64,000 bases of DNA. It comes from Mobula hypostoma. Its lineage: Eukaryota. The notes under the pieces were generated by a model. The model was not told the origin of the DNA. It saw only the letters and a list, made by a program, of their open reading frames with translations, and did no database searches. Shown in pieces: positions 8,997 through 21,320 of the stretch (positions are counted from its first letter, which is position 1; every line of letters starts with the position of its first letter). The position numbers were made by a program, and so were the translations under genes. The stretch lies in assembly GCF_963921235.1 (NCBI RefSeq), contig NC_086097.1, positions 225,930,001 to 225,994,000 on the forward strand. The letters are read 5' to 3'.

Positions 8997-10699
8997 TACC
9001 TCTTCCTAGAGACGCTGAATGACCTGCTGCATTCACCAGCAACTTTTATGTGTGTTGCTTGAAATTCCAGCATCTGCAGATTTCCTCATGTTTGCATCAG
9101 TGAATATCTATTGTGTTTCCTCTCTGGAGAAAAATTATTTCTCCATTTTACAATTAACTTTCCAAATGCGACTGGCTGACTGAAATGATCCCAACCCCAT
9201 TCACCAACCCTTTTTAATGGCTTTGTTATCGGTGTAAACAATGAAGTGTAATTGATGCTTTCAATCCTTATTCAGACGATCCAGAATTTTTCATATCAGT
9301 ACAATCTAAGTCCATCTGAGCAAATAAAGTGACATTTACTTCTCTCACTGTTACAAGTTCTCCAGATTATGGACTTAGGGAAAAAAAACATCAATACAAA
9401 ATACCAGCTCAGCAGTTGGTTAAGGTTTAGAATGCTAACTTTCCTGGCTGCAGCTTCTGGCATTCTACACTTCTAAATTTAACAAGGAGAACGGGAAGCT
9501 AAAACCATACAAAGTACTTGAGTGATCTGTCTCCAGCATACTTGGGGGAGCTTCTGTTGAATTTATAAGCCAAAGTGTAGTGTCTGGTCAAGTGCCTAAC
9601 CTTTAGCTCCTAATGCTGCTCTACACATTTTACAAAGTTCATTGTAAAGAAAGATCTTGAACTCTCTGATGATTTCTGGGTCTCAAATATCATCTTCATG
9701 TATTATTCACTTATCACTGGCATCTGAGGCTGATGTATCATCATTTAGGACTGGTTGATGTTCACAGAAACCTTGTCTCCGCAGGGATAACCAAAAGAAT
9801 GTACAGTCGATCCCATTGTTTTCAGAAGGCGCAAGTTTTTATTATGTTTGTAAAACAATGATGCATCGAAAGTTGTAAGTACTATGGGCCAGGAATTTAA
9901 TTTTGAATGAAAATAGCACTTTGTGACAGCCCATGTCAATTAGTTCCATGACTATTGGGACAAAGTTTTCCTGTAAATTGACCCACAAGGATATCTTATC
10001 AGTAAATGGCACCAGTTCTCCTAAAGTAAATTATGGAGTCCGGCACCCTGAGAGGAACTAAGCTATTCCAATGAACATCATGCCTACTTCTCCTGACAAG
10101 GAGATGGTCGCTGACTGTCACACATTACTGAACATTGTTGTGCAGCCAGAGGAAAGCTTTCTTTACCAATTGCAATACCTGCCGGACAGCAGAGTTGCCA
10201 TGCTTGGTTCGAGATCTTGGCAAAACAGCTAGGCAGGAAGAGGTTGCTGCAGACAATTATTCTGCCCACAGCTGTTCTGCACGTAGGTGTTCTCTATACA
10301 GAAAGACATTGAATGATATCTCATACTTCAACATAAGCAGACATAAATCCCACTTACCAGCAGCAGTACAATTGCACTCAGACATTGTTCCATCCCATCA
10401 CCTAAAAACAAACCTCCATCAACCTATCAATCAACAATCCAACTTAATGTTCAGATATGTCGATACATGTATCTCACAACTTCCAAACACTTTCAACTGT
10501 TCAACCATACAGGCAATTCACACAGGCTCATTACAGCACATTCCTTCCCCAACACCATCTCTCTCACAGAAGAAGGTGGCATGGAACCACAGACTTACCA
10601 CTGTGCTCAGAGGATCCTGACAATCAGACTGCCAGCAGCCACAGGGCCAGCAGTCATCCAAGGAATGGAGATGTAATTGAGGATGACTGTAAGCTTGTA

Positions 10700-10800
10700 T
10701 TTCAACACACAAAATGCTGGATGAACTCAGCTAGTCAGGCAGCATCTATTGAAAGGAATAAACAATCAATGTTTCTAACTGACACCCTTCAACTGGACCC
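10700..10800 (-). mobile_element. Penelope-derived mini-element, degraded
   Basis: CACACAAAATGCTGGATGAACTCAGC..AGGCAGCATCTAT, homologous to 7801-7900. Confidence 0.7.
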
Positions 10801-10802
10801 CC

Positions 10803-11636
10803 ATCTCTCAGACTTTTGAACAAAAGGGGATAACTACACTCATTCTATTTCTGGTGTTCCTACAACCAATGGTCTCACTTTAGGGACTCTATCTTGTTAT
10901 TTCATGCTCGCTATATATTGCTATTTAGTTATAGAAACATAGAAACATAGAAAATAGGTGCAGGAGTAGGCCATTCGGCCCTTCGAGCCTGCACCGCCAT
11001 TTATTATGATCATGGCTGATCATCCAACTCAGAACCCAGCCTTCCCTCCATACCCCCTGACCCCTGTAGCCACAAGGGCCATATCTAACTTCCTTTTAAA
11101 CATAGCTAATGAACTGGCCTCAACAGTTTGCTGTGGCAGAGAATTCCACAGATTCACCACTCTCTGTGTGAAGAAGTTTTTCCTAACCTCGGTCCTAAAT
11201 GGCTTCCCCTCTATCCTCAAACTGTGACCCCTCGTTCTAGACCTCCCCAACATCGGGAACAATCTTCCTGCATCTAGCCTGTCCAATCCCTTTAGGATCT
11301 TATACGTTTCAATCAGATCCCCCCTCAATCTTCTAAATTCCAACGAGTACAAGCCCAGTTCATCCAGTCTTTCTTCATATGAAAGACCTGCCATCCCAGG
11401 AATCAATCTGGTGAACCTTCTTTGTACTCCCTCTATGGCAAAGATGTCTTTCCTCAGATTAGGGGACCAAAACTGCACACAATACTCCAGGTGTGGTCTC
11501 ACCAAGGCCTTGTACAACTGCAGTAGTACCTCCCTGCTCCTGTACTCGAATCCTCTCGCTATAAATGCCAGCATACCGTTCGCCTTATACTTGCATTTGC
11601 ACAGTTCATTGTTCATTGACCCTGTTTACAGTTTAT
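10803..11636 (+). mobile_element. Rex1/Babar 3' UTR fragment split by a CR1 insertion
   Basis: 10803-10933 plus 11585-11636 are colinear with the uninterrupted copy at ~15140-15310. Confidence 0.75.
10934..11584 (-). mobile_element. Young 5'-truncated CR1 LINE
   Basis: Open ORF2 C-terminus (LYKALVRPHLEYCVQFWSP..RGDLIETYKI..TRGH..FFTQRVVNLWNSLP), (TTTCTATG)n tail and TTATA TSD. Confidence 0.95.
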
Positions 11637-12118
11637 CCTCTTTCAACATTCAAAACTTCCCTCGCATCCCATTAAGATTTCAGCTTATCAAAGTGCGCCA
11701 CTATTACCTTGCCTCTACTCACACCATGACAATAACTAGACAAGTCTCTCATTTCAGACAGCTATGAAGTATCATTGACAGCCCATTGATACAACAGACT
11801 ATAGATGCTGGAATCTGAAGCAAAAAAAAACAAACAAACAGACTGTTGGAGGAAATCAGTGGATTGGCAATGTATTCCATCTCAGTGAGTTAGGCAATGA
11901 GGGAACTAAACAGTCGATTTTTCAAAATGAGACTCCTCATCTGAAGTAAAAAATTTAAAGGGAGATAGCAAATATAAAGAAGCTAGCAGAAGGGGTGGGG
12001 CAAGAGCGAGCATGTGGGAAGTGCATCCCTATATGGACTAGTGATAAGTAGATAGAGGAGGGAAGAGTGGATTTAATGATAGAGGCAGGAGGTGGGGGCA
12101 ACAGGGAAGGTGGAGGCA

Positions 12119-14767
12119 ATTGGGAACTTAACATCAAAGGATATACCTTGTATCAAAAGGACATGCAGGAAGGCATAGGTGGGGGTGTGGCTATGTTGGT
12201 AAGAGAATTACATCTTTAGAAAGAGGTGACATAGGATCAGAGAATATTGAACCTTTGTGGGTGGAGTTAAGAAACTGGAATGGTAAAAAAAACATTATGG
12301 GAATCCTCTATAGGCCTCCAATTAGTAGCCAAGATGTGGGGTTGAGATTGCAAAGGGAACTGGAAAAGGCGTGTAATAAGGGTAGTGACACAACTGTAAT
12401 GCGGGACTTCAACATACAAGGGGATCAGGAACATTAGGTTGGTGTCGGATCACAAGAGAGTGAATTTGTTGAGTGCCTACAAGATGGCTTTTTAGAGCAG
12501 CTTGTGCTTGATCCTATTTGGATGTTGTGTAATAACCCAGATCTGATTAGGGAGCTTAATGTAAAGGAACCTTTAGGGGACAGAGATCATAATATGATTG
12601 AATTCATACTGCAAGTTGAGAGGGAGAAGCATAATTCATATGTATCTGTATTACAATGGAATAAAAGGAATTACAGAGGCATGAGAGAGGAATTTGCCGA
12701 GGTGGATTGAAGGGGGATACCAGCAAGGATGATGGCAGAGAAGAGGTGGCTGAAGTTTTTGGGAATAGTTCACATGGCACAGGATAGATATATCCCAAGA
12801 GGAAGAAGTTCGCAATTGACACAGTAGGCAACTGAGGCCGACAAGGGAAGTTAAGGACTGCAGAAAAGCCAAGGAAAGGGCATATGAGGTTGCTAACATG
12901 AGTGGGAAGTTGGATGGTTAGGAAGCTTTTAAAATCCAACAAAGGCAAATAAAAAGCTATAAAAAGCAAAAAGATGAAAACTGAGGGCAAAATAACCAAT
13001 AATATAAAGGAGGATACTAAAAGTTTTTCAGTTATATAAAGAGTAAAAGGGAGGTGGGAGTTGATATTGGACCTTTGGAAAATGATGCTGGTGAGTTAGT
13101 AGTGGAGGACGAAGAGATGGCAGATGAACGTGATAAGAATTTTGCTTTAGTCTTCACTCTGGAAGACACTAACAGTGTGCCAGAGGTTCATGAGTGTTCG
13201 GGAACAAGAGTGAGTGCCATTGTTTCACAAAGGAAAATGTGCTAGGCAAACTCAAAGATTTTAAGATACTTAAGTCACCTGGACCAGAAGGACTACTCCT
13301 CAAAGACCTGAAGAAGTTTCTGAAGAGAAAATGGATGCATTGGTCATGATATTTCAAGAATCACTTGATTCTGGCATGGTCCCGGAGGAGTGGAAGATTG
13401 CAGGTGCCACTCCACTCTTTAAGAAGGGAGTAATGTGGAAGAAAGAACATTATAGGCCACTTACCTTAACCTCAGTGGTTGTGAAGTGTGTTGGAGTCCA
13501 TTATTATGGATAAGGTTTCAGGGTACTTGGACACTAATGATAAAATAAATCAAAGTCAGCATGATTTCTGTGTAGAGAAATATTGCCTGACAAATTTGTT
13601 AGAGTTCCTAGGGGAAGTAACAAACAGGGTGAACAAAGGAGAGGCAGAAGGCATTTGATTAGGTGCTATACATGAAGCTGCTTAACAAGATAAAATCCTA
13701 TGACATTACAGGAAATATACTGGAATGGAGAGAGGAATGGCTGACAGGCAGAGGGAGTGAGTGGGAATAAATGGGCCCTTTTCTGGTTGGCTGCCAGAGA
13801 CCAGTGGTGTTCCTCAGGGTCAGTATTGAGACCGCTACTTTTCAGATTGTTTGTCAATGATTTAGATAATGGAATTGAAGGCTTTGTGGTGGCACAGTTT
13901 GCCAGTGATACGAAGATAGGTGGAGGGGTAGGAAGTGTTGATGAAGCAATTCAATTGCAGCAGGACTTAGACAAAATGGAAGAATTGGCAAAATAGTGGC
14001 AGATGGAATACAGTGTTGGGAAATGTATGATAATGCATTTTAGTAAAAGGGAAGTTAGTGCAGACCCTTATCTAAATGGGGAGAAAATTCAAAAATCAGA
14101 GGTGCAAAGAGACTTAGGAGTCCCTGTGCAAGACTCCCAGAAGGTAAAGAAGGAAAATGCAACGTTGGTATTTTTTTCAAGGGGAATAGAATATAAAAAC
14201 AAGGAAATAATGCTGGGGCTTTATAAGACACTAGTCAGATTGCATTTGGAGTATTGTCTACAGTATTGGGCCTCATACCTAAGAAAGGAAGTGTTGCCAC
14301 TGGAGAGAGTCCAGAGGAAGTTCACGAGGATGATTCTGGGGATAAAGGGGTTAACATATAAGGAGCGTTTAGCAGCTTTGGACCTGTACTCACTGGAATT
14401 TAGCAGAATGCAGGGGGATCTCTTTGAAACCTACTGAATGTTGAAAGGATCAGATTGGGTGGATGTGGAAAGGATACTTCTTGTGGTGGGGGTATCCAGA
14501 ACTAGAGGGTACAGCCTCAGAAACGAGAGGTGACCTTTTAGAACAGAGGTAAGGAGCATTTTTTTTTTAGCCAGAGAGTAGTGGATCTGTGGAATGTTTG
14601 CCACAGACCGAGGTGGAGGCCAAGTTGGTGGGTATACTTAAAGCGGAAGTTGATAGTTTCCTGATTGATCAGCACATCAAAGGATATGGTGAGAAGGCTG
14701 GTGTATGGGATTGAGTGGGATCTGGCATCAGCCATGATGGAATGGCAGAGCAGACTCGATGGGCTGA
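12119..14767 (+). mobile_element. CR1 LINE ORF2 (APE + RT), decayed
   Basis: Fragments GILYRPP, DHNMIEF, YRPLTLTSVV, GSVLRPLLFRLFVNDLD..FASDTK, LVRLHLEYC. Confidence 0.93.
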
Positions 14768-14774
14768 AGAAAGA

Positions 14775-15424
14775 AAAAGGTGTAAAGAAAGCATGACAGC
14801 ACCTCTACTTCCTCAGGAGTCTGCGGAGATTTGGCATGTCATCAAAAACCTTGGTAAACTTCTACAGATGTGTGGTACAAAGTATGCTGACTGGCTGCAT
14901 TATGGCCTGGTATGAGGACACCAATTGCCTTGAGTGGAAAGTCCTATAGTGAATTCTGTCACAGGTAAAACCCTCCCAACCACTGAGTACATCTACATGA
15001 AACTTTGCAGTAGAAAAGCAGCATCAATCATCAAAGATCCTCACCACCCAGGCCATGCTCATTTCTCACTGCTGCCATCGGGTAGAAGGTACAAGAACAT
15101 CAAGACTTGCAGCACCAATTTCAGTTACTACCCCTCAAACATCAGACTCTTGAACAAAAGGGGATACATACACTAATTCTATTTCTGGTGTTCCCACAAC
15201 TGACGGTCTCACTTTAAGGCCTCTTTATCTTGTTACTTCATGCTCATTATATATCGCTATTTATTTACACTTACATTTGCACAGTCTATAGCTCAGTGAT
15301 CCTGTTTAAAGTTACTGTTCTATAGATTTGCTAAGTATACCCACTGGAAAAATAATCTCAGGGTTGTATGTGATGACATGTATGTACTCTGTTAACGAAT
15401 TTTATTCTGAACTTTTAACTTTGA
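14775..15424 (+). mobile_element. Rex1/Babar LINE 3' part
   Basis: KAASIIKDPHHPGHAHFSLLPSGRRYK and a TTTTAACTTTGA tail. Confidence 0.88.
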
Positions 15425-15994
15425 GGTGATGAAGGCAAATGGAAACATTGGGGGAGGTGACCCAATGGGAGGGGTGTGTAGGTGATGGGTAGATGGATGA
15501 GGGGAAAGAAACACTGGAAGATCAGGACCTGCGGTATTTAGGCGGTGGGTGTATGTAGGAGGATCTGAGAGAGCAGGAAGGAGAGAAACTGACAGAAGGG
15601 GAACTCATTACCTGAAATTGGAGAATTCAATGTTCATCCAGTTGAGCTGTAGACAAATCAGGCAGAATACGATTTGCTAATCCTCTATTTTGTATACATA
15701 AATGACACATTCCACTTAAATGTAGGAAAGAACACTACATTTCCCATCTGGTAATCCTATTCACTAGAAACGATTAGACATTCCAGATACAGTGGTCAAG
15801 AGCCAGATCAAAGGAAAGTGGAACTTGTGTATGAGTTCACCAGAGCACACGCACATTTCTTCACCAGCTGAAGAATAATTTGCATTCCCATCAAGATTTG
15901 TCTGGCACAAAGTATCTAGGAGCTTGGAGGAGCCCATCTCCAAGAACCCCTGCTTACTGATTTGGAAAAGCAGGTCAGTTCTGTGGCAATACAC

Positions 15995-16095
15995 AGAATC
16001 TGAATCAGGTTTAATATCACTGGCATTTGTTGTGAAATTTGTTGTTATGCAGCAGCAGTAAATTGCAAAACATAATGATAAAAAACTATAAATTG

Positions 16096-16132
<37 letters not shown>

Positions 16133-16722
16133 AACTTAAATAATAATGCAAAAAGAGAGAAAAAAGCAGTGAGGTAGAGTTCATGGGTTCAATATCCATT
16201 CAGAAATCTGATCCCAGAGGGAAAGAAGCTTTTCTTGAGTTTGGTGTGTGTCTTCATGCTCCTGTAGCTCCTCCCTGATGGTAGCAATAAGAAGAAAGCA
16301 TGTCCTGGATGATGGAGGTCCTTAGTGATGGATGTTGCCTTTCTGAGGCATCGCTCTTTAAGATCTCATAGATGCTGGGGAGGCTTGTGTCCATGATGGA
16401 GCTGACTGAGTTCACAACCTTCTGCAGCTTTTTCTGACCCTGTGCGCTGTTACCCCACCATACCAGATGGTGATGCAGCCAGTTGGACTGCTCTCCACAG
16501 TACATCTGTAAAAATTTAAGAGTATTTTTGGTGACATACCAAATTGCTCAAACTCTGAATGAAACATCGCATTGCAACTGCATCAATATGTTGGGCCCAG
16601 GATAGATCCTCAGAGATGTTGACACCCGGGAACTTGAAATTGCTCACCCTTCCCACTTCTGATCTCTCGATGAGGGCTGGTATGTGTGCCCTCTTCTTAC
16701 CCTTATAAGTTACAATGTCTGA
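15995..16722 (-). mobile_element. Rex1/Babar LINE 3' part
   Basis: VSNFKFPGVNISEDLSWAQHID and KKLQKVVNSVSSI, plus the antisense tail GAATCAGGTTTAATATCAC. Confidence 0.88.
16098..16129. repeat. (TA)n microsatellite
   Basis: About 16 TA units inside the Rex 3' UTR. Confidence 0.95.
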
Positions 16723-18428
16723 CTGGTGTGTGTGTGCCCTCGGCTTACAATTACAAGTTACAGTGTCTGACATTTGAAGTCTCAGTCTCAATTACAACAC
16801 AGACAGAGGCAATGAAGGCAGTCATGCTAGCTCAGACAGCTGTCACCAAGCCTTGGATGCTAGTATTTGAATGCGTGATAGTTTGCCAACAATTTGCCCT
16901 TTAATAGGTTTCCAAGCTGATGATGCCCTACCCTGAGAGAGTGACACTAAAATCATGTCCCACAAATCTTCCCTTTCAGAATAACATGCTCCCAGCAGTG
17001 GAAGTCCAACAGTGCCCACATCATTGCCTGTCAGCTCAGAGTGTTGCTGCTCACGATAAGGTAATACCGCTCTCCACACAGCTGCCCTTTTCTTTCTGAG
17101 TGTGACCAGGCATCATGTTGATATAGGATCGCAGTGGAGGTTCAGGGTGGTGAAATGGGAGTAGCAAGTGCATTCAGCAGCTTTCCACTGAATTAGATGA
17201 AGTATTTTCACAGCTTTTAGAGCTAGAAGCTCACATGTACCTAATGGATAATGGAAAATCTTTGCAAGGTCAGGGAGCTGAATTCCTCAATAATAGTTTC
17301 AATATGCTCCTACCTATGGGGATGCCCCAGATATTTTTGTTGGGGGAATGGGAAATAGTTTTTTTTATGATGGAAAATTCATGCAACACAGTTATTTTCA
17401 GGTAGTGAACGAAACCCAGTCTATCGTAGATTGTGTGCTGCTTGGAGCGGTGACTTTTGGGAACCAGAATCTGTCCGTTTTTTTTCTCTTTGGCTTCAGT
17501 CTGTGATCTGGTATTCTGTTGAGCTGAGAGACAACAAGACTGATAGACTGCCCTCACCCCACCAGGCTTAAAGTCTTACTGGGCTGAGGTCCCTTGGTGA
17601 GAAGTGGTGGTGTGACTCAGCACACTAAGTCATTATCTGCTGAAGTACTGTGCATAGATCTGTGTTCTCTAGAGGTCAACAGCGAGGAGTGTTAGTAAAT
17701 AATGTACTTTCCCACAGAGCCCTCTCCTGTCTGATGAAGCCTGTTTGCCATAAGATGGATGATACTTGATACCTGTGTTGGCAAATTGTGAAAAGGCAAG
17801 CTGGAGGTGGAACTTGGACTGGGGTTGGCAAAACAAATGAGAAGAGCATGAACTTCTTTTGCATGTTCAACAAGCTGAAACTTAAACATTTTTTACATAG
17901 AGTAGTGGATTAGAGTATGTCTTTCCAGTCTTCTGCCAAGACCAGTGGCTACTGTCACATCCACAATTTTTTCTGTTATACATGGGCACTCTTGCCTCAG
18001 TACTTCCAATAACCAAAATTTAGTGTGTACATTTCAACAGTAGCAGTCACTTCTGCAAACCAACCAACATTTATGATGAAAGCTGTGATCATCTTGCACA
18101 GAACTGCATATTATACATAAATATAGTTTATAGAAAGGAAAAGCATTCCTCAGGTAGTCGTGGGTCAGTGAAAGAGCTATTGAGAAGCCTTGATTTCCTC
18201 ACATTGAAAAGGATTCTGCAGTTGTATCAGACTAAACAGTTCAGATAGTTCTGACTTCAGGATAAGCAAAATGAAGTTAGTTTTATCACCAGCAGTATGA
18301 GACTTTCCCAGTCAACCCAAGAAAAATTACTTCCAATCAGTTGGTTTCATTAAGAATTTGTAAATAGAAATGTTATGATTTCTTTACCTGTGACTGAACT
18401 GCTATCCACACACTTGGTTCTCTCAGTA

Positions 18429-18525
18429 CTAGCAACACACACAGAATGCTGGAAAACTCAGCATGCCAAGCAGTATCTATGGAAAAGAGTAAACAGTCAA
18501 CGTTTTGGACCGAGATCCTTCATCA
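18429..18525 (-). mobile_element. Penelope-derived ~97-bp mini-element
   Basis: TSD GTTCTCTCAGTA (18417-18428) / GTTCCCTCAGTA (18526-18537). The minus strand starts (C)TGATGA-AGGATCTCGGTCC-AAAA-CGTTGACTG. Confidence 0.85.
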
Positions 18526-18831
18526 GTTCCCTCAGTATATCTCAGAAGGAAAACGTTTGGCTTGTGCTTCTCTCAACTCGGGCTCAGCAAGTGCACATAG
18601 ATATAATCGCCTAATTGGTCACATGGTTGTAAGTGGGCAGCATAAGTTCATTAGCCCAGAAGGGTCTGTTACCATGCTGTATCTCTAAATAAAATATAGC
18701 TTGCCATGTGCTGATGCAGCACCGAGACCTGAGGAATTCTCTTCAGGAGACTGGCGCCAAGCATGAGTGTATGTGTTGTCCCTTAACCTTATCTCACTGA
18801 ATGACACATGCAGATAGAACAGCAGTTAAAC

Positions 18832-19035
18832 TGCGTGGAATAGGCTGCCAGCGGCGGCGGTGGAGGTGAAAACGATAGGGTTTTTAAAGAAACTCCTGGA
18901 TGGGTATATGGATCATAGAAAAATAGAGGGCTATGGGTAAAGCCCAGGTAGTTCTAAGGTAGGGGCATGTTCGGCACAGCTTTATGGGCCGAAGGGCCTG
19001 TACTGCGCTGTATGTTTTTTATGTTTCTATGTTCT
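18832..19035 (+). mobile_element. CR1 3' end
   Basis: WNRLP motif, GGGCCGAAGGGCCTGT hairpin and TTTCTATGTTCT tail. Confidence 0.9.
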
Positions 19036-19849
19036 AACTAGTGCCCAAATCTGTGACTATTACTGGTGCAGGACATGGCGATCTAGAAGGTGACAAGCAA
19101 CTGGGTTCCATCAGGCATGTTTTGGTGTAGGCCTTGAGATATAAATCGTCACTACATTATTAGATGTTAAGGTTCGACAATTATACCAATAAAAAAAGCT
19201 GCACATTGCATCGAAACACAGCTTCCAGTGATGGTATCAGTTCCCTGACCAAAGTAGGCACTTGATTATTTATTGGGACAGCAGAGTATAGAGAGTGTGT
19301 TCTCAGAATAATGTAATTAGGTACCCCAGCTCTACCCGTCAAGGTGTTTCAATAATCTATGCTTGATATTATTCAGGATGCCTCATTGCTTTTCCTCTAG
19401 ACTATTGTGAACTCCTAACAGTGTTTCAGTGACTGCAAGTCATAGGGATATCACTACAGCGGTAACTTTCTTTAAGAGAAACTAAAAGCTCTGGTTGGTG
19501 TTGCTTGGATGGATGGCCACTGAGATAGGAAGACTCTTGAAGGAGTTTGGCTGTGCTTCAGTGGTAGTAGAACTTTCTTCAGGATGGGCTGGCCTGAAGT
19601 TGGTGTCAATGGTGCTAATTTAGCAGCTGAAAGTTGTGGGTTCAAGACCTATTCATAGGATCTAAACAAAAGATCCAGGCACCATGCTGATGCAGTAAGA
19701 ATGAGAGGCTGTATTCAACATGGGTTCTCAAATTGAGGTTTTTTCTCCTGTGCTCAAATCTGTATAACTAACAACCTGCAAACCATACATTCATTCCAGG
19801 TCAAAGCCCCCTAAAAAAATGACAAAGTTAGCTGTGCTTCCCATTAAAA

Positions 19850-21320
19850 TTGCAGAAGGCCTTTGACAATGTCCCTCATGGGAGTTTGGTCAAGAAGGTT
19901 CAGTTGCTTGGGATTCAAAATGAGGTAATAAATTGGATTAGACATGGGCTTTCTGGGAGAAGGCGAAGAGTGGTAGATGGTTGCATCTCGGACAGGAGGC
20001 CTGTGTTAGTGGGGTGCTGCAGGTATTGGTGCTGGGTCTGTTGTTGTTTGTTATCTAGATAAACAATCTGGATGATAATGTGGTTAACTGGATCAGCAAA
20101 TTTGCAGATGACACTGAGATTGAGGGTGCATTGGACAGGGAGAGAGAATATCAAAGCTTGCTGTGTGGTCTGGACCAGCTGGCAAAATGGGCTGAAAACG
20201 GCAGATGGAATTTAATACAGACAAGTGTTAGTTGTTATGCACTTTGGGAGGATCAATCAGGGTAGGTCTTAGACGGTGAATGGTAGGGCACTGAGGAGTG
20301 TGGCTGATGAGAGGGATCTGGGAATACAGATCCACAATTCCTTGAAAGTGATGTCACAGGTAAATAGTGTCATAAAGAAAGCTTTTGGAGTATTGGCCTT
20401 CATAAATCAAAATATTAAGTACAGGAGATAGGCTGTATTATTGAAATTGTGTAAGATGTTGGTAAGGCCTAATTTGGAGTATTGTGTGAAGTTTTGGTCT
20501 GCTACCTCCAGGAAAGATGTAAATAAAATCAAAACAGTGCAGAGAAACTTTAAAAGAATATTGCCGGGACATGAGGACCTAATTTATAGGGAACAGTTGA
20601 ATAGATTAGAACTTTATTCACTAGAACGTAGAAGATAGAGTGGAGATTTAATAGAGGTATACAAATTTACGAGAGGTATAGATAGGGCAAATTGAAGCAG
20701 GTTTCTTCCACTGCGGTTTGGTGAGACTACAATTATAGGCTATAGGCATCCGTTAGTCTCATGAGACCATGGATTTGCGCCTTGGAAGGTTTCCAGTGCA
20801 CAGGCCTAGGCAAGGTTGTATGGAAGACAAGCAGTTGCCCATGCTGCAAGTCTCCCCTCTCCACACCACCGATGTTGTCCTAGGGAAGGGCATTAGGACC
20901 CACACAGCTTGGCACCGGTGTCGTCGCAGAGCAATGTGTGGTTAAGTGCCTTGCTTAAGGACACACACGCTGCCTCAGCCAAGACTCGAACTAGCGACCT
21001 TCAAATCACTAGACGAATGTCTTAACCACTTGGCCATGCGCCCACACACTATAGGTTATGGGTTAAGGCTGAAAGGTAAAAGATGTTCAAGGGGAACATG
21101 AGGGGTGAACTTCGTGACTGAGAGGGTGGTAATAGTATGGACCGAGCTGCCAATGCAAGTGGTGAATGAGGGTTTGATTAAAACATTTAAGAGAAATTTG
21201 GATAGGTATATGAATGGGAGTGATATGGAGGGTTAGGGTCTGAGTGAAGGCCAATGAGACTAGGTAGATTAATGGGCCAAAGGGTCTGTTTCTGTCCTGT
21301 AGTACTCTGTGACACTATGA
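19850..21320 (+). mobile_element. CR1 LINE 3' part, decayed and split by a SINE
   Basis: QKAFDNVPH, ISKFADDT, LVRPNLEYC; (CTATGACT) tail. Confidence 0.9.
20740..21048 (-). mobile_element. tRNA-derived SINE with a CORE-like segment and an RTE-related tail
   Basis: The minus strand has A-box TGGCCAAGTGGTT, B-box GTTCGAGTC, then GTGTCCTTAAGCAAGGCACTTAACC. TATAGG TSD (20734-20739 / 21050-21055). Confidence 0.85.

Larger units (their letters stand above)
7801..9095 (-). mobile_element. Penelope-like element with ~437-bp inverted terminal arms around a GIY-YIG fragment
   Basis: Arms 7801-8238 and 8623-9058 are reverse complements. 15-bp TSD ATCAGTAAATATCTA (7786-7800) / ATCAGTGAATATCTA (9096-9110). 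Confidence 0.92.
11790..15700 (-). mobile_element. Old Penelope-like 3' region (11790-12118 and 15425-15700) interrupted by CR1 and Rex insertions
   Basis: Starts AGATGCTGGAATCTG.., has a purine-rich body, and resumes with TTACCTGAAATTGGAGAATTCAATGTTCAT, the antisense of the GIY-YIG ORF end as at 8200-8240. Confidence 0.55.

Noticed and set aside
8659..9022. Paired similar ORFs on opposite strands (with 7662-8202) as duplicated genes
   Set aside because: They are translations of the low-complexity inverted arms of the Penelope element.
10135..10620. 161-aa ORF as a host gene
   Set aside because: It has a non-ATG start and no recognisable domain. It is more likely a chance ORF over an old LINE remnant.
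19625..19790. Possible Deu-domain SINE remnant
   Set aside because: Only a B-box-like GGGTTCAAGACC and faint similarity are visible, which is too degenerate to support.
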